Of a stretch of 64,000 nucleotides of DNA, positions 56,058 to 64,000 are shown in pieces. This DNA is from a virus (Duplodnaviria > Caudoviricetes), in IMG/VR virus record IMGVR_UViG_3300037400_008007, positions 1 to 64,000 of that record; one strand, 5' to 3'. The notes beneath the pieces are model-generated. The model was given only the letters and a program-made list of their open reading frames with translations, did not search any database and was not told the DNA's origin. The position numbers and the translations under genes were made by a program. How positions within the stretch are numbered: position 1 is the first letter of the stretch; each line of letters starts with the position of its first letter.

Positions 56058-56627
56058 ATGAAATTAGTATTGTTCGACATTGAAACGACAGGAATTGACA
56101 GCGTTAAGCACGGTATTCATCAAATTAGTGGCAAGATTATCGTGAATGGTCAAGTCAAAGAGACTTTTGACTTTAAGGTGCGACCCAAGGACGATGCTGT
56201 GTATGATGCAGCCGCCTTAGAGGTTGGCAAGGTTACGAAAGAGCAACTGCTGGCTTATCCCACGATGAGAGAAGTCCATGCAAAATTCGTGACCATGCTC
56301 GACAAGTATGTGAACAAGTATGACAAGACTGACAAGTTCTTCCTTGTGGGCTACAACAACGCTCATTTCGATAACCCGTTCTTACGTCAGTGGTTCGTGG
56401 ATAACGGCAACAAGTATTTCGGTTCATACTTCTGGAGTAACAGTTTTGATTGTATGGTACTGGCTACTGCCACCCTCGCGGAGAAGAGAGCAACCATGCC
56501 GGACTTCAAGCAGGCCACCGTTGCTGCAGCACTTGGTGTAGTTATTGAGTCCGAGAAGTTGCACGACGCAAGCTACGACATAGAGCTTTGCCATGCTATC
56601 TACGATAAGGTTTGCGGGAAATACTAA
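56058..56627 (+). CDS. DEDDh 3'-5' exonuclease (DnaQ-like)
   Basis: LFDIETTG, VGYNNAHFD, LHDASYD. Confidence 0.88.
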   Translation: MKLVLFDIETTGIDSVKHGIHQISGKIIVNGQVKETFDFKVRPKDDAVYDAAALEVGKVTKEQLLAYPTMREVHAKFVTMLDKYVNKYDKTDKFFLVGYNNAHFDNPFLRQWFVDNGNKYFGSYFWSNSFDCMVLATATLAEKRATMPDFKQATVAAALGVVIESEKLHDASYDIELCHAIYDKVCGKY

Positions 56628-56633
56628 CAAGTC

Positions 56634-57218
56634 ATGCAGATACTTGAACCGAGTGCCAAACGTATAGACAGCAGTTCACTCGCTATCAACAAGCGTAGTG
56701 ACTTTACAAGACGCATCCCAGCTTACCCTCCAAAGGTGCAGGCAAGGGTGGAGAAGATTGTTAAGCAGCTTATCCATGCGTATGACGTAGAGGGCGACAC
56801 AGAGAAGATGAGAAATATCTTCATGCGAAAAGCCTGTCTGCTGCCAAATCCCTCCTATTGGGAGTTGTTGCGTACTGTATGGGTTGCAAGTGGAAAGACA
56901 GAGAACAGTAGAGAGTTCCGTCCTCTCTTTAAGTCAAGCAGGCCAAGCAAAAGCTGGTTTATGACGGTTGAAGATGCTGCGGCCCTCGATGCTATGGAAT
57001 TTCCCATCACCGTCTATCGAGCCTATGACCCCTACTATGATACTCCAGAAGGAATTGAAGAGGGTGGCGACCCAGGCTTGTCATGGACGCTTGACAAGGA
57101 ATGGTGTGAAGGGTATGCAGCTTCTAAACAGCGTGTCATCAAGAGCCGTCAAGTAGAACGTAAAGACATCTTTGCCTATGTCAGCAGACGAGGGGAAGAA
57201 GAAATTATCATCCTATGA
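56634..57218 (+). CDS. Hypothetical protein with an ADP-ribosyltransferase-like R-S-E pattern
   Basis: TVYRA, GLSWT, GEEEII in the order expected for the ART fold. Confidence 0.5.
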   Translation: MQILEPSAKRIDSSSLAINKRSDFTRRIPAYPPKVQARVEKIVKQLIHAYDVEGDTEKMRNIFMRKACLLPNPSYWELLRTVWVASGKTENSREFRPLFKSSRPSKSWFMTVEDAAALDAMEFPITVYRAYDPYYDTPEGIEEGGDPGLSWTLDKEWCEGYAASKQRVIKSRQVERKDIFAYVSRRGEEEIIIL

Positions 57219-57673
57219 ATAGAGAAGAGGTCTTTAGAAAGATTGCGAAGCAAACAGGCAAAAAGCCGATGCAGTGCGATTGTGAGCAGTGCAAGCACAT
57301 GTGTCACACTCCGTGCTTGGGAACACCTCAAGACATTCTTGCACTGATAAACGCAGGCTATTCCGATAAGCTCTGTTATACAGAGTGGATTGCAGGCATG
57401 ATTATTGGCTTTACGTCTGATAGTATCGCAATGGTTCAAATCAAGAAAGAGGGTGAATGGTGCGTGTTCTTCCACGATGGCAAGTGTGAACTGCATGAAA
57501 AAGGGCTGAAACCCACCGAGGGCCGACTGGCTTACCATGAAGTAAGCGAAAGGGAGTTTAAGCCGGAATACAATCTGACATACCAAGTAGCCAAGGAATG
57601 GGGCGATGGCAATTTAGATGTGGTCAAAGAGATTGTTGGAAAGTTAAGCGCGTTTTGGAACAGAAATCAATAA
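57215..57673 (+). CDS. Cys-cluster (YkgJ-like) metal-binding protein
   Basis: CDCEQCKHMCHTPC and CVFFHDGKCELH..KP. Confidence 0.65.
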   Translation: MNREEVFRKIAKQTGKKPMQCDCEQCKHMCHTPCLGTPQDILALINAGYSDKLCYTEWIAGMIIGFTSDSIAMVQIKKEGEWCVFFHDGKCELHEKGLKPTEGRLAYHEVSEREFKPEYNLTYQVAKEWGDGNLDVVKEIVGKLSAFWNRNQ

Positions 57674-57689
57674 CCATTAACAAAATGTT

Positions 57690-58532
57690 ATGAAAAAAGT
57701 TATTTTGAATGTACCCGACAATCGGGAAAGAGAGTTCTCCGAAAAGCTGGCAGAACTGATGAAAGAGTACGGAGTCACCGAGAGGTACGAGCCAAGAGAG
57801 GGTGATTTTGTGGCTTTCATGGATGACACAACAGATGAGCCGTTTATTGGTATCTTCTGTAGTTGGTACAACGATGAAGCGGACAAGATTGTTTGTTACG
57901 CTCATATTGACGATGAAGGCAGTCTGGAGCAAGAAGAAGAGTATTGGAATGCAGACACAATCCGAAAGGCAACAAAAGAAGAGAAGGATAACCTTTTGCG
58001 AGAGTTGGCGAAGTCTGGCAAGCGTTGGAATGCAGAGGAAAAGACGTTTGATGAATGTCAGACCTATGAGGCTATCCGTACTTTTGAGGATGCGATGACG
58101 GTTACAGGCATGACTTTGCCGTTAAGCGATGAGACATTATCGTTGCTGGGTGCTGATATTGTGGCTTATATGAAGCTTCGTGTTATTGTGGCAGCTATCA
58201 ATGGTCTGTCAGAGACAACCCTTGCAGAGTTCCCAAAGTTTACTACTGACGAGTATCGCTACTATCCTTGGTTTGCTCTATATACCAAGGAAGAGATTGA
58301 GGCTATGGATGAAGAGGACAAATGGCGCGTGGTTGGTCGTGCGCTCCTCAGTGCGAGTGCGGATGGCGGTTGCGTTTTTGCGTACGCGAACTACGCTTCT
58401 TCGTGCTCGTATACGCTCCACGGTGCGCGTCTCGCCTTCATCGACCGCGAAAGAGCGAAATACGCTGGCAGACAGTTCGCAGAACTGTATGCCGACTTCC
58501 TGTTTCTCCCACTTGAATTGATTGCCGAATGA
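57690..58532 (+). CDS. 280-aa protein; DGR target 2
   Basis: Contains VR2 about 30 codons before the stop; YYPWF...GARLAF...AKYAGRQF. Confidence 0.85.
   Translation: MKKVILNVPDNREREFSEKLAELMKEYGVTERYEPREGDFVAFMDDTTDEPFIGIFCSWYNDEADKIVCYAHIDDEGSLEQEEEYWNADTIRKATKEEKDNLLRELAKSGKRWNAEEKTFDECQTYEAIRTFEDAMTVTGMTLPLSDETLSLLGADIVAYMKLRVIVAAINGLSETTLAEFPKFTTDEYRYYPWFALYTKEEIEAMDEEDKWRVVGRALLSASADGGCVFAYANYASSCSYTLHGARLAFIDRERAKYAGRQFAELYADFLFLPLELIAE
58324..58440 (+). repeat. DGR variable repeat VR2
   Basis: 117 bp; 19 differences from TR, all at TR adenines. Confidence 0.97.
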
Positions 58533-59152
58533 AGATGGAAAAGGAAAAGAAAGATAAGAAAGAGAAGCTGATGCGAGTTGACCGTTTGCGGTTTATTCGC
58601 ATCAAGGCTTTGGGAAAATTCAAGAAGCCAGAAGTTGCGAAGAAAGACAGTATCGGGTACGATTTGTATGTACCCGAGTGTGTGAGTGTTCCAGCAAAGA
58701 GCCGTGTGCTTGTTCCACTGAACTTTGCCATTGAACTACCAAGAGGCATCGAGGGAAAGATTGAGCCTCGCAGTGGCTTTTCGGCAAAGGGAATGGAGGG
58801 CCTTGGCAGTCGAAAGAAATGGGTACTGAAGTGGGGCTGGTTGCCTTGGCGCATTACCGAGAGCGGAAAGCTCCGTTTCGACGCAGATGTGTTGGTCGGC
58901 AAGATTGACCCAGGCTACAAAGATTGTGTGAATGTTATTCTGAAAAACAACGATGTTGCTTTCACAATACCAGCAGGCACCCGAATAGCGCAGCTGACAT
59001 TCTACAGAGTGCTTCATGTGAAGAGGTTTGCTGAAGCCGAGGAACTTGACGGCTACGACCGCGGAGGTGGTATCGGCCATACAGGAACTGGAGAGATAAG
59101 AAACGAGCAAACCGACAATACGCAAACTGATGAGCGACCTGTTGCACACTGA
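58529..59152 (+). CDS. dut: Trimeric dUTPase with an insertion
   Basis: GYDL, PRSG, GKIDPGY, RIAQL, RGGGIGHTG. Confidence 0.88.
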   Translation: MKMEKEKKDKKEKLMRVDRLRFIRIKALGKFKKPEVAKKDSIGYDLYVPECVSVPAKSRVLVPLNFAIELPRGIEGKIEPRSGFSAKGMEGLGSRKKWVLKWGWLPWRITESGKLRFDADVLVGKIDPGYKDCVNVILKNNDVAFTIPAGTRIAQLTFYRVLHVKRFAEAEELDGYDRGGGIGHTGTGEIRNEQTDNTQTDERPVAH

Positions 59153-59207
59153 CGATATTTGTGCCATGTATCGTGAAGAGGAAAAACGTGGCCGCCATCA
59201 GTAAAAC

Positions 59208-59277
59208 TTTGCACTTTCCAGTTCACTAATAATTTTCATTGCCTACGGCAAAGCATCATAGAATATGACTAACTTTG
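59208..59277 (+). promoter_or_regulatory. Putative late promoter of the lysis operon
   Basis: TTTGCACTTTCCAGTTCACT starts 62 bp before TAACTTTG (59270-59277). Confidence 0.55.
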
Positions 59278-59289
59278 TCGAAAAAGAAT

Positions 59290-59808
59290 ATGGAAAATTT
59301 AGTGAACTGGAAAGTCATTTGGACTGCAATAGGCGGTATCTTTGGTTGGTTTGTGGGAGAGTTTGAACCGACGTTCCCATTGATGATTGTGGTGATAATC
59401 TTGATTGTCAGTGATGCGTGGACTGCATATCAGTTAGACAAGAGAGTACACAAGCGATACCCAGACAAGGTAAAGAGAGACCAAGCCCACTTCACCAGCT
59501 TTGCTTTCGGTAAGGTAATAAGGCAGACCATTCCGAAGCGTCTGTGGCTTATCATTCTTGCTTATATCGTGGAACACTGGATATTCGTTCACGTCTCAAT
59601 ACCGTTGAGCTACATTGTGGCCGGAGTTATTGCATTTGAACAAGTGTGGTCAATGTTGGAGAACGAGAGTTCATGTCGAGAGACCGACAAAGAAAGCCGT
59701 TTTTGGCGCATACTCCAAAAGATTATGATTGACAAGACAGAGCGCCATTGGGACGTTGACCTAAGCGACCTAAAAGAAGAGATTACAAAACCAGAAGAAA
59801 AAGAATAA
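59290..59808 (+). CDS. Holin
   Basis: Three hydrophobic segments, EQVWSMLEN motif, charged C-terminus; ATG 59290 preferred to the TTG at 59275. Confidence 0.75.
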   Translation: MENLVNWKVIWTAIGGIFGWFVGEFEPTFPLMIVVIILIVSDAWTAYQLDKRVHKRYPDKVKRDQAHFTSFAFGKVIRQTIPKRLWLIILAYIVEHWIFVHVSIPLSYIVAGVIAFEQVWSMLENESSCRETDKESRFWRILQKIMIDKTERHWDVDLSDLKEEITKPEEKE

Positions 59809-59809
59809 A

Positions 59810-61093
59810 ATGAACCCAAAACATAGTTTATTTACATCAGAAGCAGTTTCAGAAGGCCACCCCGACAAGGTGGCTGACCAAATATCAGACGCTATCCTTG
59901 ATGCTTACTTTGCCAAAGACCCAAGCTCAAAGGTAGCGTGTGAGACTTTAGTGACCACTGGCCAAGCGATTGTAGCAGGAGAAATCCATTCGAGAGCCAA
60001 GGTCGATGTTCAGTCAGTAGTCCGAGAGACAATCAAACGCATTGGCTACGACCGCCCAGAGTTGAAGTTCGACGGAGAGAGCTGTGGGGTCATCAATCTG
60101 CTGCATGAACAGAGCGCAGATATTCGCAGAGGTGTTGAGCGTATCGAGCCGATGAACCAAGGTGCGGGTGACCAAGGGATGATGTTCGGTTATGCTACAG
60201 GTGAGACCGAGACCTACATGCCGTTGCCAATCTATCTTGCAAATCTTATCGTTAAAGAGCTTGCCATTGTGAGAAAGAAGCGTGAAGCCATGCTCTATCT
60301 ACGACCAGACAGCAAGAGTCAGGTGACTGTAGAATATGATGAGGATGGAAACGCTGTGCATATCGACACGATAGTTGTCAGTACCCAGCATGACGAGTTC
60401 GTTACACCCGACACTTGCAATCTTCCAGACGAAGCAGACGAAAGGATGCACGACATCATTGCTTATGACATCGAGAACTATCTGCTGCCAAGGGTCAAGG
60501 AGCGTATCAGTAGCGACGAGATACTTGCTTTGTTTGATGAGAACACCAAGATACTTGTCAATCCTACAGGAAAATTCGTGATTGGTGGCCCTCATGGTGA
60601 TACAGGATTGACAGGCCGAAAGATAATCGTTGATACCTACGGAGGTAAGGGCGCACATGGAGGCGGTGCTTTTAGCGGAAAGGACTGTTCAAAGGTTGAC
60701 CGTTCGGCAGCATACATGGCTCGTTACATTGCAAAGAATATGGTTGCTGCAGGAGTGGCAAAGGAAATGCTTGTTCAGTTAAGCTACGCTATTGGAATAG
60801 CCGAGCCTGTAAGCGTAAACGTACAGACTTTTGGCACCGCTCAAGTCGATCAGACTGATGCAGAGATTGCGGTGGCCATAAAGAACTTGTTCGACCTACG
60901 TCCGAAAGCCATAGAGTGCCAGTTGTCATTACGACAGCCAATGTATCAAGAGACGGCAGCTTATGGCCATGTGGGAAGAGAGCAGACCTGCGTAACGAAA
61001 GTTATTGAGGGTGTTTCATATAACGTGGCTCTCTTTACATGGGAAGCTCTCGATGCTGTAGAACGCATATCTGCCTACTTCGCTGACAAATGA
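59810..61093 (+). CDS. metK: S-adenosylmethionine synthetase
   Basis: [39 protein letters not shown]. Confidence 0.96.
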   Translation: MNPKHSLFTSEAVSEGHPDKVADQISDAILDAYFAKDPSSKVACETLVTTGQAIVAGEIHSRAKVDVQSVVRETIKRIGYDRPELKFDGESCGVINLLHEQSADIRRGVERIEPMNQGAGDQGMMFGYATGETETYMPLPIYLANLIVKELAIVRKKREAMLYLRPDSKSQVTVEYDEDGNAVHIDTIVVSTQHDEFVTPDTCNLPDEADERMHDIIAYDIENYLLPRVKERISSDEILALFDENTKILVNPTGKFVIGGPHGDTGLTGRKIIVDTYGGKGAHGGGAFSGKDCSKVDRSAAYMARYIAKNMVAAGVAKEMLVQLSYAIGIAEPVSVNVQTFGTAQVDQTDAEIAVAIKNLFDLRPKAIECQLSLRQPMYQETAAYGHVGREQTCVTKVIEGVSYNVALFTWEALDAVERISAYFADK

Positions 61094-61146
61094 TATAGCA
61101 GTCAATATCAAATAAAAATCGTAAACATCAAAAAACAAAAAAAACA

Positions 61147-61770
61147 ATGAAGAAAGCAATCATGATGTGTATGCTGCTTGTGTTCAGCATCACAATGGGG
61201 CTTACCTCCTGTGACCCCAAGAAAAACAAACAGGAGCAGAAAGTGAACACGTTTGACGCTCTCGTAGTGGAAAACACAATCAGCACTGACAAAGAGTATG
61301 TGTTCATCAACTACGCTAATGATTACCGATGGTATGAGACTTGCGTTTTGATGAAGGACTTTTTGGACGCTGACTGTCAAGACGGAACTATCGAGGGAGT
61401 GTCAAACATCTTCTATGTCGTTGAGATTTTTGAAAGTGGTGGCGATGCTTATGCTATTATGTGTACTCACAGCGATAATGGGAAAGATAGTATTGCCGTT
61501 GCTCATGGGTTGTGGATTGAGGACCAAGATATGAGTAAAGAGTCCATCACAATTACATTCAGACAAGCATACGAGAAGATGATGCAGGCCAATTACAAGA
61601 AACCACATTCCAGACATTGCGTATTACGAAAACAGGTAGGCCCCGTCCAAGCTAACGCTCAATACATTTTCGGAAACCTAAAAGAGCAGATATACGTCGA
61701 TGCGGTCACTGGAGAGGTGACAGACGAGAACCCTGCATTTAAGGGCTTCAATGAACCTCTCAAAGAGTAG
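61147..61770 (+). CDS. Lipoprotein of unknown function
   Basis: Type II signal peptide with lipobox LTS-C. Confidence 0.7.
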   Translation: MKKAIMMCMLLVFSITMGLTSCDPKKNKQEQKVNTFDALVVENTISTDKEYVFINYANDYRWYETCVLMKDFLDADCQDGTIEGVSNIFYVVEIFESGGDAYAIMCTHSDNGKDSIAVAHGLWIEDQDMSKESITITFRQAYEKMMQANYKKPHSRHCVLRKQVGPVQANAQYIFGNLKEQIYVDAVTGEVTDENPAFKGFNEPLKE

Positions 61771-61806
61771 AGTCTTTGACTGCTATATCATTAAACCAAT
61801 ATCGTC

Positions 61807-62286
61807 ATGGAGAAAATTCAAAGTTTCAAGACCGACCACACAAAGATGCTGCCTGGCATCTATGTTGCGAGAAAGTATGTCACTCCAAACGGTGACACTA
61901 TTACGACCATTGATATTCGGATGAAAAAGCCGAATTACTCTATGATAAACCCAGAAGCCGCACACACGTTAGAACATCTTGGCGCAACATTTCTGCGGAA
62001 TGAGGAATCGCTTGGAGAGCGTGTAGTTTATTTCGGGCCAATGGGTTGTTTGACAGGCTTTAGCCTAATACTTAGTGGAGATTGGGAAAGCCATCAACTT
62101 GTTCATACGCTTCAAAGACTGATGACTTATGTCATAGGTTACGAGGGAGAAGTGCTTGGCGCAACTAAAAAGGAGTGCGGCAATTACTCCTACCACAGCT
62201 TATCTTTGGCGAAAGTCGATGCGAGAGAGTATCTGGAGCTGCTGAACAATATTACGGAAGCAAATCTTAGCTATCCGAAAGACTGA
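61807..62286 (+). CDS. luxS: S-ribosylhomocysteine lyase (AI-2 synthase)
   Basis: SFKTDHTKM, HTLEH, GPMGCLTGF, CGNY. Confidence 0.95.
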   Translation: MEKIQSFKTDHTKMLPGIYVARKYVTPNGDTITTIDIRMKKPNYSMINPEAAHTLEHLGATFLRNEESLGERVVYFGPMGCLTGFSLILSGDWESHQLVHTLQRLMTYVIGYEGEVLGATKKECGNYSYHSLSLAKVDAREYLELLNNITEANLSYPKD

Positions 62287-62306
62287 AACTTAAAACATCA
62301 CCAACT

Positions 62307-62864
62307 ATGGAACTTACAAAACAGCAACTGAAATCAATCATGCCCTATGCCCTATCGAAGAACTTAGACAAGTATCTTCCGCTGCTCAACGAGTTAATGC
62401 CGAAGTTCGGTATTGACGGACGTTTACGAGTGTGCCACTTTATAGCCCAAGTAGCACATGAAAGCGGAGAGTTTCGTTATAGCCAGGAGATTGCAAGCGG
62501 CAAGGCTTACGATACGGGTAGGTTGGCTGTTGCTCTTGGTAACACTCCAGAGGCAGACGGTGATGGGCAGAAATACAAAGGCCGTGGGCTTATTCAGCTC
62601 ACAGGCGCGAACAATTACAGACGTTTCAATGAGTATCTGAAAGCGAATTTTGAAGGTGAAGCCGATGTGTTGGAACACCCAGAAGTCGTTGCTACTCCTT
62701 ATTATGCCGTGATGACCGCCTGCTGGTTCTTCAAGACGAGCGGATGCCTTGCCCTTGCCGACAAGGATGACATTCGTGCTGTGACCAAGCGTGTAAATGG
62801 TGGTTACAATGGCTTCAAGCAGCGTTATCAGTATTTAGTACGTGCCAAAAAGGTAATCAAATGA
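62307..62864 (+). CDS. Endolysin, glycoside hydrolase family 19
   Basis: FIAQVAHESG, YKGRGLIQLTG, TKRVNGG. Confidence 0.9.
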   Translation: MELTKQQLKSIMPYALSKNLDKYLPLLNELMPKFGIDGRLRVCHFIAQVAHESGEFRYSQEIASGKAYDTGRLAVALGNTPEADGDGQKYKGRGLIQLTGANNYRRFNEYLKANFEGEADVLEHPEVVATPYYAVMTACWFFKTSGCLALADKDDIRAVTKRVNGGYNGFKQRYQYLVRAKKVIK

Positions 62865-63427
62865 GAGTAGGAAAATTGTTACTTTGTCTCTTGTTGCTAT
62901 CATCATGTGCAAGCTACAAGAGAGCCGTGAAGCAAGATGTCAAACAGCAGTCCGTTGTGGCTTCTTCCACTACGACCGACTTGCAGGGAGAGGTCAACAC
63001 TTCCACAGAATCTTCGTCCGTCAGTCAGACGACATTGCATGAACAGACAAACGACAGCTCCGAAACCGTAGTTATCCGTGAGACGACATGGTTCGATACG
63101 AGCCGTACAGACAGCAATGGGGTGTCGCCAGTACTCCGCAAGGAGCGAGTTACCAGTCTGACGCGTCATGGTAAGCGATCCGACAAAGGTTCTGAAGATA
63201 AGAGCAATACCGAGGGTCGGCAAAAGAACTCGGCTACTATAAAAAATTCTGCAAAAACGGAAGAGTCTGCCGCGAGTGAGAACAGAAGTGAAACGAAGAA
63301 AGACACGTCCACATCTGAAACCAAGCAGGTGGCCTATTTGTCGTGGCTATTGTTTGGACTGGCTTTCTGCATCCTAATGGCGGTACTCGCCTATTGGGTA
63401 TTCACCAAGTATCGACAACGACGCTAA
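62861..63427 (+). CDS. Putative unimolecular spanin
   Basis: N-terminal lipobox LSS-C and C-terminal TM helix followed by a basic tail; directly after the endolysin. Confidence 0.65.
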   Translation: MRVGKLLLCLLLLSSCASYKRAVKQDVKQQSVVASSTTTDLQGEVNTSTESSSVSQTTLHEQTNDSSETVVIRETTWFDTSRTDSNGVSPVLRKERVTSLTRHGKRSDKGSEDKSNTEGRQKNSATIKNSAKTEESAASENRSETKKDTSTSETKQVAYLSWLLFGLAFCILMAVLAYWVFTKYRQRR

Positions 63428-63944
63428 TAAAGTTAGCCAACTTCCGAAAGTTACTTCCCCTCGCCCAAAGCAGACGGGTGAGGGGCTTTTATTTCAAAAA
63501 GTATCTACCTATGACAACAAAAGAGAATGGCATTACCCTGCTCTGTCTTATTGAACAGATGCGAGACTGCCGAAAGAAGCAATCCGCTTTTCGTAGGCAG
63601 AAGAATACCGAGAACTACAAGGCCATGCTTGCCTGTGAGGAAGCAACGGACGAAATGTTGAAAGCCGTGCGTCGCAATGTGGTATCTCAAATGAAAGAAT
63701 TGAATATCGAAGTCCTGCCGTGTTTGTCAGCGAATACATAAGGCGCAAGAAGCCGACCATGAAGGCCAGATTTGGTGTTTGGGTGTACTGTCACCAAGGG
63801 GTGACAATCGTCTCTTGGTGGACGCACAGAGGAATACAGGTGTCGTTACGCTCACGCGCCCCATTTACTGAATACTGGTGGAAACGTCTGCGAGGTCTGT
63901 ATGGTATGCACAAGCCGAGAAAACCGCGTAAGGGTTACATTCCG

Positions 63945-63975
63945 AAATAGCACTCTAAGAAGGGGTGCTATTTTT
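63945..63975 (+). terminator. Intrinsic terminator
   Basis: AAATAGCAC...GTGCTATTT followed by further T residues. Confidence 0.75.
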
Positions 63976-64000
63976 ATGGGCGCACGTCAAAAAAACTTTG

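Noticed and set aside
1-64000. Long minus-strand ORFs in the track (e.g. 40263-41252, 48308-49198, 51335-52354) and a lysogeny module
   Set aside because: The minus-strand ORFs are antisense shadows of well-supported + strand genes. No integrase or att site was recognised, so lifestyle cannot be called from this window.

Overview
This is a 64-kb slice of a tailed dsDNA phage, siphovirus-like given its 1590-aa tape measure protein. Its host is very likely a Bacteroidales bacterium, judging from TTTG-N19-20-TAnnTTTG promoters, A-rich leaders and Bacteroidales-type MetK and DAHP synthase/chorismate mutase. Nearly all genes lie on the + strand, and no integrase, tRNA or CRISPR array is visible. 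Layout: 0.3-8.3 kb metabolic and modification cluster (radical SAM, DAHP synthase-chorismate mutase, ACP, tandem-HTH regulator, three ParB-domain genes, HAD-like gene, CmoA homologue); 8.3-21.8 kb terminase and tail genes; 21.8-36.4 kb small ORFs driven by a repeated promoter/leader cassette; 36.6-52.1 kb head, tail-tube, portal and fibre genes; 52-58.5 kb a diversity-generating retroelement (DGR) with two targets; 59-63.4 kb a lysis cassette containing metK and luxS. Three signals stand out. (1) A candidate carboxy-SAM (Cx-SAM) DNA carboxymethylation pathway with its own precursor supply: CmoA, prephenate from DAHPS-CM, SAM from MetK, SAH-derived recycling by LuxS, and a ParB-fused transferase. 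(2) A regulatory layer of nine promoter cassettes sharing an operator half-site and a leader, plus a divergently transcribed candidate sRNA and two 3'-UTR elements complementary to that leader. (3) A DGR whose template repeat differs from both variable repeats only at adenines. Protein family calls come from motif recognition by eye, not database searches.
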